A stretch of 63,939 nucleotides of DNA, the filler included, from Octopus bimaculoides (lineage: Eukaryota), in assembly GCF_001194135.2 (NCBI RefSeq). It is 7 parts of 7 records of this genome, joined end to end, with 100 filler letters (N's around TTAATTAATTAA, not from the genome) between each part and the next. Parts side by side here need not be neighbours in the genome. Positions count along the whole stretch, not along the records: positions 1 to 24,621 come from NC_068997.1; 6 more parts are not named here. One strand, 5' to 3'. Below are positions 11,528 through 24,103 of this stretch, in pieces; position 1 is the stretch's first letter; every line of letters begins with the position of its first letter. The notes under the pieces are model-generated. The model ran no database searches. It had not been told where the DNA came from and saw only the letters and a program-made list of their open reading frames with translations. The position numbers and the translations under genes were made by a program.

Positions 11528-11830
11528 GTGTGGTAAAAAGCTTGCTTCCCAACCACATGGTTCCAGGTTGTTCAGTCCCACAGTATGACACCTTGGGCAA
11601 GTGTCTTCTCCTGTAGCCTCAGGCTGATCAAAGCCCTATGAGTGGATTTGGTAGATGGAAACTGAAAGCTCAATGTGTGCATATGTGTGTGTGTGTATTT
11701 GTCTCCAACCAGCGTTGGTGAGTTTACAGAAAAAAAATTAGCACTGAGGTCGATTCACTCAACTAAAACTTCTTGAAGGCAGTGCCTCAGCATGGACACA
11801 GTCAAATGACAGAAACAAGTATTATAAAAG
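11523..11830 (+). mobile_element. SINE family B (internal microsatellite)
   Basis: GGCTGTGTGGTAA..CCTTGGGCAAGTGTCTTC..GGAAACTGAAAG..CAGTCAAATGACAGAAACAAG. Confidence 0.75.
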
Positions 11831-12012
11831 ATAACAGAAGATCGAGCAAGCTTCAAACGTAAATGTGAAGAGAGTAGTAACACTTCCCCACTCCACCACA
11901 CTACATAACCTTACATCTTTTTAGAATGAGAAAAAAAAATAATAGACACAGGTACAAATTGAGCAAGATATATACATGCACAAAAGACACACACAAAACA
12001 CACATGCACACA

Positions 12013-12050
<38 letters not shown>

Positions 12051-12257
12051 CGCAAACGTATGAGCAGAAAGACAAAACGGAATAGGCAGGACAAGAAACA
12101 CATGGCACAGAAAGCTGTTGAAGAGGTCACAGAATGTGTGACAAAAGAACTTTGACAAATAAATTGAAAATAATAAGTGAAGACCAAATGAAATGTTTAA
12201 TTGGCAAAAGATGAACATCCCCAAGTACAACAATACACACACACACACACACATAGC

Positions 12258-12510
12258 GAGGGTGCAGGGCTTAGTGGTTAGGGTGTTGCATTTGTGATCT
12301 AGCAATAATGATTTCAATTCCTAGACCAGGTGTGCATTGGGTTCTTGAGCAAAACACTTCATCTCGTGTTGCTCTGTGATCATGTAGACACCTGATGCAT
12401 GGGTACATAATCCACCTGTTCAGTCAATGTTGATTTGATGGAGAGAGTGAACTAATGTGTGTCACAAATATTTGATCACCATAAACAAATCATTTGTACA
12501 CGTCATTCAG
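12258..12510 (+). mobile_element. tRNA-derived SINE (family E), degenerate
   Basis: A-box-like GGCTTAGTGG and TTCTTGAGCAAAACACTT central motif. Confidence 0.5.
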
Positions 12511-12582
12511 CAAATGTTTAATGCTCATACATCATCTTCAACAGTGGTGTCCATCATATATTTTATATATATTTTATATATA

Positions 12583-12644
<62 letters not shown>

Positions 12645-13421
12645 TTCATATATGTATACATGTAGGTGAATGAAAGAAAGAAAGTAGTACTCAACACTTG
12701 AAGTGCAAGTCTTTAATAATGGGTTGACTCAGTTCTGCATTACTTAGGTGCAGATATGCAGCTAAATCCTTAGATATATGAAGTCAGAGTGAAGAGAATA
12801 TAAAAAGAATTAGATAAATAGCTTCTAGGTGAGAATATTTAGGCCTCTGTTTCTCAGTTCTGGTGACATGGATACCTTGGCAAAGTAGTCATAACAGCTG
12901 AGTCAATATATGTTCTGAACTGCAGGAGACTATCTATTGGTGTCAGTCAGTGATCTGTAGGATTTGAGACTTTAGCGACATCAATTACTGACATACCCTA
13001 AGGCGAGGTAACTATTCTAGTGGTGTCAGCTTACATACATATCAGTTTGCATGCTATGCATAACCACAAGGTGTAATTTTAGCTTGGCTATTATTCTATT
13101 GTTGTCGTCAAAGAAATGCCCTTCTAATGATCTTCAAACCATTGGCTGCTGATAACCCAGAAAGACTGCCCTAGTTGCATGATATATACTCCATTTTCCT
13201 TGTAAATTATTTCCTTTCTTTATCTGACCATTGTGGCCTCTCTACTATCACTTGCTGTACTGTAAATTACATTACACATTTATGCTTTTCATATACATGT
13301 GTGTGTGTATGCATGAGTGTGTGTGTGTGTGTAGCCTATATATCTAAACAGTTTATAGGTGCAAAACTGATGGTCATTCTCTGACTGGCCATAACAAACA
13401 ACCTTCTAATTATATATATAT

Positions 13422-13790
13422 ACGTGTATAAGGAATTGACCACTAGGTAGACATCCAATATGCTAGAAAGAGGTCATCAACGGCCCAACCACAAAGAAAA
13501 ATAATGTTCTCCAGAAAAATTTCGCTAAACACCAGAACAGGACAAAATGAGAAATATACAGAATATTTCTCATTTTATCATTTTGGTGTTTTGCGAAATT
13601 TTTCTGGAGAACATTATTTTTCTTTGTGGCTGGGTCGTTGATGACCTCTTTCTAGCATATTGGATGTCCACCTAGTGGTCATCCCTTATACACGTGTAAT
13701 AAAATTTTTATTGAATTTTCAGATTTCTTTATATGCTAGGCCACTTGGTTTTAAATTGAATTAATATTCAATTTATCACCTTATCTATAT
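13422..13790. mobile_element. Palindromic element (274-bp hairpin) plus conserved one-sided flank
   Basis: Arms 13422-13557 / 13563-13695 with loop ACAGA; flank 13696-13790 is shared with the copy at 59411-59645. Confidence 0.7.
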
Positions 13791-14181
13791 AAATAAATAT
13801 ATATATATATANNNNNNNNNNNNNNNNNNNNNNNNNNNNNNNNNNNNNNNNNNNNNNNNNNNNNNNNNNNNNNNNNNNNNNNNNNNNNNNNNNNNNNNNN
13901 NNNNNNNNNNNNNNNNNNNNNNNNNNNNNNNNNNNNNNNNNNNNNNNNNNNNNNNNNNNNNNNNNNNNNNNNNNNNNNNNNNNNNNNNNNNNNNNNNNNN
14001 NNNNNNNNNNNNNNNNNNNNNNNNNNNNNNNNNNNNNNNNNNNNNNNNNNNNNNNNNNNNNNNNNNNNNNNNNNNNNNNNNNNNNNNNNNNNNNNNNNNN
14101 NNNNNNNNNNNNNNNNNNNNNNNNNNNNNNNNNNNNNNNNNNNNNNNNNNNNNNNNNNNNNNNNNNNNNNNNNNNNNNNNN

Positions 14182-15350
14182 TCTTGTGGAATTTCTGCCC
14201 ACTTTTCATGCAACAATCGAAACAATTCATCTTTAGATTTAGGTTTCTTATTTCTTTACAGCCCACAAGGGGCTACACACAGAGGGGACAAACAATGACA
14301 GACAAATGGATTAAGTCGATTATGTCAACCCCAGTGTGTAACTGGTACTTATTTAATCGACCCCGAAAGGATGAAAAGCAAAGTCGACTTCGGCGGAATT
14401 TGAACTCAGAACGTAGCGGCAGACAAAATATTGCTAAGCATTTCGCCCAGCGTGCTAACGATCCTGACAGCTTGCCACCTTTAGATTTAGGTTTCTGTCG
14501 AGCTTTTCATATAGCTCTATCGAGTGAGCTCCAAGGATTTTCAATTGGGTTCATATCAGGAGAATAGCTCGGCCAAAGAAGCTTTTTGATCCCATTTTCA
14601 GTCAGCCATTGTTGATTCCTTTTCCCTCTGTGACATGGAGCCCCATCTTCCATGAATAAAAACTCATTTTTTGGTATGTTATTGTGTGAATACATCGGAA
14701 GTAATCCTTGTGTAAGTATTTCGATGTATTTTTCAGAGTTTATGGTTCCAACACATTTGACCAGCTCAGAACGACCATTACTGGTGACAGCTCCCCATAC
14801 CATTACAGAGATACCGTCATGTTTCACAGTTGGTTGAAATTATTTCAAATCAAATTCTTGATTGGGAAGCCTCCAGACCCAAACACACCCACTCTCTGAA
14901 AATAATGCAAATCTGGATTCATCTGAGAAAATCACTCTCAAATTGAACTGGATTTTTCTGATATCTCCTTAGCTCATTTCTTTCTTTTCATGATATTAAT
15001 TGGTTGAAGGAGAAGTTTTCTTCTGGTTGCTCATCCATAATACCCAAGCTTATGCAGATATATAACACATGTTCTTGAACTAACTTCTAGCTATTTTGCA
15101 ATGTCAGAAGCCTTCAAACGGGGTTTGTTTTCTACAATTCTCTTCAAACAGTGCAGCTTCCTTTCCAAGGGTCCAGGCCACCCAGGACAAGATTATGTTA
15201 ATTCTTTTGACTATAATTCTATTAACAGTAGCAAGAGGAATTTGAAGATTTTCGGTAATTTTTCGCTGGCTAAGACCAGCCTCAGATTGCTCAACAATAC
15301 TACCTCTTTGAAAATCTGACAATTCTGCTGAATTTTTTGTGCATGGGCAT
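14182..15350 (-). mobile_element. Tc1-family DNA transposon, decayed DD34E transposase
   Basis: HTH (15104-15322), [18 protein letters not shown]...SPDMNPIEN with 34 residues between D and E; C-terminus KPKSKDELF..KWAEIPQ continues beyond the SINE insertion. Confidence 0.9.
14249..14479 (-). mobile_element. SINE family A inserted in the Tc1 transposase with a 17-bp TSD
   Basis: TSD TTTAGATTTAGGTTTCT at 14232-14248 and 14480-14496. Confidence 0.85.
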
Positions 15351-16181
15351 GGTTACTCTTCACAAATGTTTAATATAATGGCACCTGGAATGAAAAAGAA
15401 TAATTACATTGTAAATTCTACACCACTGAAAACATTAAGATGCTTAGATCAGATATTTTGAAAATTAAAGCTGTCTATTTACTTCTTGCATGTCTGTATA
15501 TATATATATATATTGATAGGAAGGACAACAAAAGAAAGAAAGAGACCTGGATATTATGTAAATAGAGGAATTTATCTGTAAAAATATGCGACACTTATTC
15601 GGGGGCCATGATAAAACTCCGAGTTTGGGTGCGGGGTTGTTGTGTGCGTGTGAGCGNNNNNNNNNNNNNNNNNNNNNNNNNNNNNNNNNNNNNNNNNNNN
15701 NNNNNNNNNNNNNNNNNNNNNNNNNNNNNNNNNNNNNNNNNNNNNNNNNNNNNNNNNNNNNNNNNNNNNNNNNNNNNNNNNNNNNNNNNNNNNNNNNNNN
15801 NNNNNNNNNNNNNNNNNNNNNNNNNNNNNNNNNNNNNNNNNNNNNNNNNNNNNNNNNNNNNNNNNNNNNNNNNNNNNNNNNNNNNNNNNNNNNNNNNNNN
15901 NNNNNNNNNNNNNNNNNNNNNNNNNNNNNNNNNNNNNNNNNNNNNNNNNNNNNNNNNNNNNNNNNNNNNNNNNNNNNNNNNNNNNNNNNNNNNNNNNNNN
16001 NNNNNNNNNNNNNNNNNNNNNNNNNNNNNNNNNNNNNNNNNNNNNNNNNNNNNNNNNNNNNNNNNNNNNNNNNNNNNNNNNNNNNNNNNNNNNNNNNNNN
16101 NNNNNNNNNNNNNNNNNNNNNNNNNNNNNNNNNNNNNNNNNNNNNNNNNNNNNNNNNNNNNNNNNNNNNNNNNNNNNNNNN

Positions 16182-16340
16182 TTATCGGCTTGACAAAAGA
16201 GACTGATAGAATAAGTGCTAGGCTTACAAAGAATAAGTCCTGGGGTTGATTTCTTCAACTAAATAAACCTTTTAAGGCGGTGTTCCAGCATGGGTGCAGT
16301 CAAATGACTGAAACAAGTAAAAGAATAAAAGAATAAAAGA
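16182..16340 (+). mobile_element. SINE family B, 3' half
   Basis: GATAGAATAAGTGCTAGGCTTACAAAGAATAAGTCC..CAGTCAAATGACTGAAACAAGTAAAAG. Confidence 0.75.
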
Positions 16341-16894
16341 ATATGTGTGTGTGTATATATATATATATATTGATAGGAAGGACAACAAAAGAAAGAAAGA
16401 GACCTGGATATTATGTAAATAGAGGAATTTATCTGTAAAAATATGCGACACTTATTCGGGGGCCATGATAAAACTCCGAGTTTGGGTGCGGGGTTGTTGT
16501 GTGCGTGTGAGCGTGGGTGTGTATGCATGTATATATATGCATATCTACATATATGTATAGTTTTTGGCAAGTATGTGGGTGAGTATGTGTGTGTTTAAAG
16601 CGAGGGTGGTTTAGTATATAAACATGGGCGAATGTACAGATTGGTGCACTTACACGAACCTATAGACTTCTCTACTCCCTTATTTTTACCCCCTCCCCTT
16701 ACTTGGCGGTCTATTAACTCTTTTGTCTTAATGACGGTCAATCACACAGTAATTTCCCTTTGTTTAACCGTCATTTTTCACAGGAATTTCGAATGGCTGG
16801 ATAACTGAAGAGATGTTGGCGTGGGCTCCCACCCTGGCAACTGAAACTCGGAGTTTTATCATGTCTACTGAATAAGTGTCACATATTTTTACAG

Positions 16895-16937
<43 letters not shown>

Positions 16938-17875
16938 NNNNNNNNNNNNNNNNNNNNNNNNNNNNNNNNNNNNNNNNNNNNNNNNNNNNNNNNNNNNNNN
17001 NNNNNNNNNNNNNNNNNNNNNNNNNNNNNNNNNNNNNNNNNNNNNNNNNNNNNNNNNNNNNNNNNNNNNNNNNNNNNNNNNNNNNNNNNNNNNNNNNNNN
17101 NNNNNNNNNNNNNNNNNNNNNNNNNNNNNNNNNNNNNNNNNNNNNNNNNNNNNNNNNNNNNNNNNNNNNNNNNNNNNNNNNNNNNNNNNNNNNNNNNNNN
17201 NNNNNNNNNNNNNNNNNNNNNNNNNNNNNNNNNNNNNNNNNNNNNNNNNNNNNNNNNNNNNNNNNNNNNNNNNNNNNNNNNNNNNNNNNNNNNNNNNNNN
17301 NNNNNNNNNNNNNNNNNNNNNNNNNNNNNNNNNNNNNNNNNNNNNNNNNNNNNNNNNNNNNNNNNNNNNNNNNNNNNNNNNNNNNNNNNNNNNNNNNNNN
17401 NNNNNNNNNNNNNNNNNNNNNNNNNNNNNNNNNNNNNNNNNNNNNNNNNNNNNNNNNNNNNNNNNNNNNNNNNNNNNNNNNNNNNNNNNNNNNNNNNNNN
17501 NNNNNNNNNNNNNNNNNNNNNNNNNNNNNNNNNNNNNNNNNNNNNNNNNNNNNNNNNNNNNNNNNNNNNNNNNNNNNNNNNNNNNNNNNNNNNNNNNNNN
17601 NNNNNNNNNNNNNNNNNNNNNNNNNNNNNNNNNNNNNNNNNNNNNNNNNNNNNNNNNNNNNNNNNNNNNNNNNNNNNNNNACTCTTTTGTCTTAATGACG
17701 GTCAATCACACAGTAATTTCCCTTTGTTTAACCGTCATTTTTCACAGGAATTTCGAATGGCTGGATAACTGAAGAGATGTTGGCGTGGGCTCCCACCCTG
17801 GCAACTGAAACTCGGAGTTTTATCATGTCTACTGAATAAGTGTCACATATTTTTACAGATATATATATACATATA

Positions 17876-18800
17876 TTAGGGCTGATCAATAAGTATCCAG
17901 ACTGTTGCTATAGTAACGATGCTAAAGCACGCAAAGTGAAGCTGCTTGGCACAGATTGACCTTGAACTTTGCTGTTTACAACAGTGCTTGAAAGGAAGGT
18001 GTGTAGTGTGTTTTACCAATTTGAACTGGGTTAGTCAATATTGTTTGGTTTCTAACACCAAACAACAACGATAATTCACGGGCACTTTGAGATGGATCTG
18101 ACTCGACGGTGGCTTTCAGTTCGTCATTATCCACGCTTGTTTCTGGTTGACTGCATTGCTCATTTGTGAGGTCAATGTTATCAGAATGAAAGTTGTCAGG
18201 GTGATACATGCTGAGAGGCCTACGCAAAGTTGCAGAAAGTGTATAGAGAGAAGTGTATGAGTGGTTCAGACGTTTCCAAGATGGCCGAAAAATGACGAAC
18301 GTTCTAGAAGACCTGCACCCAACAGCATGAATTTGTGAAGGGAAATCATTGAATCATCATCTGTGAGTTTTCAGAAGATGTGCAGATTAGTTACGGTTCA
18401 GTTCAGTCCGTTATCACTGAAGATTCAGGTATGAGATGCTTGTCTGCTAAGTTTGTGCCAAAACTGCTTTCAGCTGACCAAAAAGACACTCAATTGTGTC
18501 GAGAACAATGTAAACTTTTTGAAAACTTTGTGTAGGCCTCTGAGCAGGTATTGCCAAGCTTTTGACAAAATTTGATGCAGATTCTCTGCTCAACTTTCTC
18601 TGTCATGATCAATGCAACAATCACACACTACATACCTTCCTTCTAAGCACTGCTGTAAACAGTAGAAGTGAGCTAGAATGTTAAAACTTAGTGCACATGC
18701 ACAACAAAGTTCAAGCTCAATGTGTGCCAAGTGGCTTCACTCTGCATGATTTAGTTTCATTATTATGGCAACAGTGTGGATACTTATTAATCAGACCATG
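17876..18800 (+). mobile_element. Internally deleted mariner element with long degenerate TIRs
   Basis: TA-flanked ~95-bp imperfect inverted ends (..CTGATCAATAAGTATCCAGACTGTTGC..); transposase remnants YEWFRRFQDGR, DERSRRP, SAKFVPKLLSADQK. Confidence 0.7.
17985..18225 (-). mobile_element. Nested fragment of a second mariner family
   Basis: ETSVDNDELKATVESDPSQSARELS; 18020-18175 is highly similar to 19590-19745. Confidence 0.7.
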
Positions 18801-18806
18801 TATATA

Positions 18807-20095
18807 TTAGGTTGTCAAGTATGAAATTTGTAGAAAAGAAAAATGTTTGCTAATGTTTTATAAATACAAGGAATAGTTTTATTCATCAAGATATGTACCC
18901 ATATTGTCAATACTTTTGTCATTTCAACGGTAGCTTGTCCAGCCCAGAACTGTAAAAACCTGGCAATCTAGACTCAATGAAATCTTGGAAGGCCTGTTTT
19001 ACAGCATCGTTGGAATTAAATTTTTTTCCTATCAAAAAGTTATCCAAATTCTGGAAGAAGTAGTAGTCAGCGGGGCCAAGATCAGGTGAATATGGTGGAT
19101 ATTGAAGAACTTCCAACTCCAACTCTTGGAGTTTTACCAATGTCATTTTTGCGATGTGTGGTCTGGCATTGTCTTGCAATAAAATAGGAGTGGATCTGTT
19201 GATTAGTCTAGGCTACTTTTTTGTAAGTTTCTGCATCATTTGGTCCATTTGGCTGCAGCATACTTTGGCTGTGATTGATGAGCCAGGTTTAATGAAATCA
19301 TAATGGATCACACCTGTGTCAGACCACCAAACACACACCATCAGCTTCTTTTGATGAATTTTGCTTTTTAGACTGTGTTTTGGTGGCTTGTCTTTGTCCA
19401 ACCATTGTGCTGAATGTTTACGGTTGTTGTATTGGATCCATTTCTCATCACATGTTACAATTCGATTCAAAAATGATTTATTTTTGTGATGAGAAAAGTA
19501 ACATAATGCAGGCTTCCAAATGTTGCTGTTTCTGATTTTCCTTGAGTTCATGTGGAACCCAATTATCCAACTTTTTCACTTTACTGATTTGAACTCAGTT
19601 AGTCAATATTGTTTGCTTTCTAACATCAAACAACAATATAATTCATGGGCACTTTGAGATGGATCTGACTCGACGGTGACTTTCAGTTCGTCATTATCCA
19701 CCTTTGTTTCTAGTTGACTGTGTTGCTCATTTGTGAGGTCAAAGTTACCAGAACGAAATTTTGAAAACCAATTTGATACTGTCTGCTGTGTAATAACATT
19801 AGAATGAAATACTCCATTAATATTCTGAGCTGTCTGTTATGGTGTATTTCTAAGAAAGAACTCATATTTCAAAACTATGAATTTCCGACTTATTCATCGC
19901 TAAACAAAAATAGCAAAAAATGATTTATAAATACTTTATAAAGTGCAAAATGAGTCAGTATAATGAAATAGATGTGTCAGCTTTCTAACAAAAAAAAAAA
20001 AAATAAAGATTGTCAAAATATAATAATGGTGCAAAATGAGTAACTGTCAAAGTTTACCAAATACCTTACTACAAATTTCATACTTGACGACCTAA
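18807..20095 (-). mobile_element. Full-length (1289 bp) mariner element, decayed DD34D transposase
   Basis: 27-bp TIRs (TTAGGTTGTCAAGTATGAAATTTGTAG, 1 mismatch), TA TSD; WVPHEL, IVTCDEKW, QDNARPH...YSPDLGPADY (34 residues D to D); stops and frameshifts. Confidence 0.92.
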
Positions 20096-20261
20096 TATAT
20101 ATTGTCATTGGATCATATATCTGAAAAAGAAGCATGCTCTAAAGGATAGAGCAGTAATATATTTACATGCAGTTAAATATCTCATGACTGGACATATATT
20201 TAACTGTATGTAAATATATATATATACACACACACAAATTAATAAATGTACACACACACAT

Positions 20262-20430
20262 CTCTTTTACTTGCTTCAGTCATTGAATTTGAAGAGTTCA
20301 ATCAAATAAATTACCCTGGAACTTCTTTTTATGTCTGTGTCTTATTCTATTAGTCTGTTTTGCCCAAGGTGTTGCACAGTGGAACTGAACCCAAGACTGC
20401 ATGGTTGAGAACCACACAGCCATACCTGCA
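20262..20430 (-). mobile_element. Degenerate family B SINE
   Basis: CTTTTACTTGCTTCAGTCAT tail and GCCCAAGGTG..GAACC..CACAGCC head. Confidence 0.5.
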
Positions 20431-20551
20431 GTTTACAGGTTCAAGTGATGAAAATTTTGACACCATACTACAAACAGTAAATGTTTAAATGAATTTAAGT
20501 TTTTGTGTGTATGTGTGTGTGTGTATGTGTGTGTATATATATATATATATC

Positions 20552-20584
<33 letters not shown>

Positions 20585-20599
20585 CTTTTTCTTCCTGGG

Positions 20600-20930
20600 A
20601 AAACAAAGCATCAGAATGCAAGAACTGGTGCCAATCCTGCTTCTCCTCTCAATTCAAAGATTGGAGCAAAGTCGACTCCAGCATCAGGACCAACATTGTA
20701 CAAGCATTAAGGCACACTGGCAAAATGTTGCTCTTCTAAATGGATACCTTATCTGTCATTGTAGTTTTGTGGCATGAAGCAAAGCAGGCCTTGCTGTCCA
20801 TTCAAGAAAACACATAGTAAATGATTCACAAGCACTTGAGCAAACTGAGTCCTCAACTTGTTCCATTTGCCAAAAGATTTGCAAGGCACCAGTAGGCCTC
20901 AAGAGACACATTCATGACCATAGAACATGA
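20600..20930 (+). mobile_element. Probable RTE/BovB-like C-terminal zinc-finger fragment
   Basis: CSICQKICKAPVGLKRHIHDH C2H2-like end. Confidence 0.4.
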
Positions 20931-21089
20931 TTACCGCTTTATGTTTTACTGAACCGTCATTTGCTGTTCATGTCAAGAGAATCCATCATNNNNNNNNNNN
21001 NNNNNNNNNNNNNNNNNNNNNNNNNNNNNNNNNNNNNATATATATATATATACACATACACACACACATGTGTATGTGTTGTATACATA

Positions 21090-21250
21090 TTTAGTGACAA
21101 ATTTAGCATTCACGTAGGAGTTCATCAGGGCTCAGTTTTCAGCCCCTTCTATTTACAATCGTCCCCAAAGCTATGATAGACAAATTTAAGACCAGCTGCT
21201 CATGGAAACTCCTTAATACTAGTGATCTCATTCTTGTAGCTGAATCAGCG
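21090..21250 (+). mobile_element. RTE RT core fragment
   Basis: VGVHQGSVFSP..(LLYADD-like) DLILVAES. Confidence 0.65.
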
Positions 21251-21299
21251 TCATAAAAGACAAGTACTCTAATACCATTCTGGATTCACTTCTTATTGA

Positions 21300-21790
21300 C
21301 AGCTTCTCAGTTTTTTGTTGTACTGTCTGACAATCTGAAATACTTCATACCTCTGAAGTTCAGAACATTGGCAAATTATTTTTTCATTTGGCTTTATCTC
21401 TAGCTTCCTGCTGCCTAATTTCTCTTCTTGCTACCTGATATCATTCTTTGCTACCCCTTGATAAATAGTTTCTATTTTCTCTTTTATCTCATTATATGCA
21501 TCAGTTAATATTTGTCTGAACACATTGCTTTTAACATCTATGTTCTCCTTTGCCAAATTGCCTTTTGTCTCTGGGTTTAAGTTTTTACTCTGAAATCATT
21601 AACCACTAGTCTGTGTTGAGTAGTACACTCTTCACCAAGGAAAGATTTAGTATCCAAAATCAACCCTTTTCCTGAGGAGTAAGAAGTTGATCTGGCTTCT
21701 GAATTTGCTTGATAATCAGGTGGCAGGCCAGTTTTCTGAAGCTAGTGTTGAAAATGCTGAAGTTGTTTGCATAACAGAACTCTAGGATAC
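21300..21790 (-). mobile_element. RTE APE-endonuclease/linker fragment
   Basis: FLGEECTTQHRLVVNDFR motif on the minus strand. Confidence 0.5.
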
Positions 21791-22869
21791 ATGGTGCATT
21801 TTTCATAACATGGTCCTTACTGTTCTATATTTTTTCTGTTCATTTGGGGGTAACATGAAGAATGGGTAGAAGAGAGCGAGATTGTAAAGGATGGACTAAG
21901 GGGGGGAAAAGAGGGCACTGGTAGAAGAGAGGGGAGAAACAAGAGAGATACTTGGGAATGNNNNNNNNNNNNNNNNNNNNNNNNNNNNNNNNNNNNNNNN
22001 NNNNNNNNNNNNNNNNNNNNNNNNNNNNNNNNNNNNNNNNNNNNNNNNNNNNNNNNNNNNNNNNNNNNNNNNNNNNNNNNNNNNNNNNNNNNNNNNNNNN
22101 NNNNNNNNNNNNNNNNNNNNNNNNNNNNNNNNNNNNNNNNNNNNNNNNNNNNNNNNNNNNNNNNNNNNNNNNNNAAAGAGGGCACTGGTAGAAGAGAGGG
22201 GAGAAACAAGAGAGATACTTGGGAATGAGTAGTAATGGGAACATATAAAGAGACATATAAAGAGACATACTTAACGTAAATGACAGCTACATGTTTGTAG
22301 GTAAAAGAGAGAATGTGAAGGCTAGTTGTGAGAAAGGTCAGTAGTAAGAGCTTGTAATGGATATCAGTAAAGAGTGGCCTGGGGTAGAGGGAGTGGCAGC
22401 ATGAAGGTTGAATAGTTGACATGGCAATGAACAGAGAATAAGTGATGAATATCAATTTAAGAATGAGTGGAGGGAGAGGAGGGACAATAAATGAGGTGTA
22501 GGTCAGCTCAGAAAGATAAGTGTGGAGTTCATCTGATGCTGGCAGATATGATGCAATCCATCTCTGCTCGAGTTTCTTGATAAAGGAAGGAATAGCAAAA
22601 TATGGGTGGTGGTGGTGGTAGGGTAGATTCTGTATACACAGGTCAAAAGCTTTCCCCTCACTATATGATAGTAGAAGAGATGTTAAGGAAATGAATCAGT
22701 ACAGAATAAGTATAGTGGATTAGAGAAAAGATAATAGATGTAAGAGTGTGCAATAAACAATAGGAGAGATGGAGCAGTGGTGGGTACAAATGGGCAGAGA
22801 CCCAGATATTATCCCACTATTTTGATATGCATTCCAACAAGCTTGTGCAGGAGGCTGGGTCTTTGGTTT

Positions 22870-23205
22870 TTCTCTAGAATCATATACCATCAGTTGACAT
22901 AGTCCCCTGTCATCTCGCCCAACACTAGTGTAGTCTCCTGTCTTGCATACTATATCTCATGTCCTTTGTTCCTAGTTAGTCTTATCAATTGTGCACACTA
23001 TCATGACACAGCTAGTGAAGTATGCTTGCTTCATTTCTTTCTAGTCTTTGCAGATCTCTTTCATCCAAGGCTCGTGTCTTTCTGCAATGCTGTAATGTAT
23101 TCTGTATACATGCATCATAGATCATACAATCTGCTTTTAAGTTAGTAGTGACAATAACTCTCTGAGCTTTCTCCAGCCTGCTCTTACTCTGACTACAACA
23201 TTTTT
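22870..23205 (-). mobile_element. RTE RT C-terminal fragment
   Basis: RVRAGWRKLRELL..IYDAC..RLERNEASILH. Confidence 0.65.
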
Positions 23206-23219
23206 TCTTTCTTTCTTTC

Positions 23220-23274
<55 letters not shown>

Positions 23275-24103
23275 NNNNNNNNNNNNNNNNNNNNNNNNNN
23301 NNNNNNNNNNNNNNNNNNNNNNNNNNNNNNNNNNNNNNNNNNNNNNNNNNNNNNNNNNNNNNNNNNNNNNNNNNNNNNNNNNNNNNNNNNNNNNNNNNNN
23401 NNNNNNNNNNNNNNNNNNNNNNNNNNNNNNNNNNNNNNNNNNNNNNNNNNNNNNNNNNNNNNNNNNNNNNNNNNNNNNNNNNNNNNNNNNNNNNNNNNNN
23501 NNNNNNNNNNNNNNNNNNNNNNNNNNNNNNNNNNNNNNNNNNNNNNNNNNNNNNNNNNNNNNNNNNNNNNNNNNNNNNNNNNNNNNNNNNNNNNNNNNNN
23601 NNNNNNNNNNNNNNNNNNNNNNNNNNNNNNNNNNNNNNNNNNNNNNNNNNNNNNNNNNNNNNNNNNNNNNNNNNNNNNNNNNNNNNNNNNNNNNNNNNNN
23701 NNNNNNNNNNNNNNNNNNNNNNNNNNNNNNNNNNNNNNNNNNNNNNNNNNNNNNNNNNNNNNNNNNNNNNNNNNNNNNNNNNNNNNNNNNNNNNNNNNNN
23801 NNNNNNNNNNNNNNNNNNNNNNNNNNNNNNNNNNNNNNNNNNNNNNNNNNNNNNNNNNNNNNNNNNNNNNNNNNNNNNNNNNNNNNNNNNNNNNNNNNNN
23901 NNNNNNNNNNNNNNNNNNNNNNNNNNNNNNNNNNNNNNNNNNNNNNNNNNNNNNNNNNNNNNNNNNNNNNNNNNNNNNNNNNNNNNNNNNNNNNNNNNNN
24001 NNNNNNNNNNNNNNNNNNNNNNNNNNNNNNNNNNNNNNNNNNNNNNNNNNNNNNNNNNNNNNTATATATATGATATATAATATATACACACATTTATATA
24101 TAT

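Noticed and set aside
16787-16875. Acceptor followed by GISNGWITEEMLAWAPTLATETRSFIMSTE*
   Set aside because: Lies within a repeat-like inverted element; no supporting exons.
15500-17870. Identical segments on both sides of gaps (about 15505-15656/16360-16510; 16716-16900/17681-17865; also 21907-21960/22176-22229 and 58554-58593/58606-58644)
   Set aside because: Identical copies flanking N runs are most simply unmerged contig overlaps.
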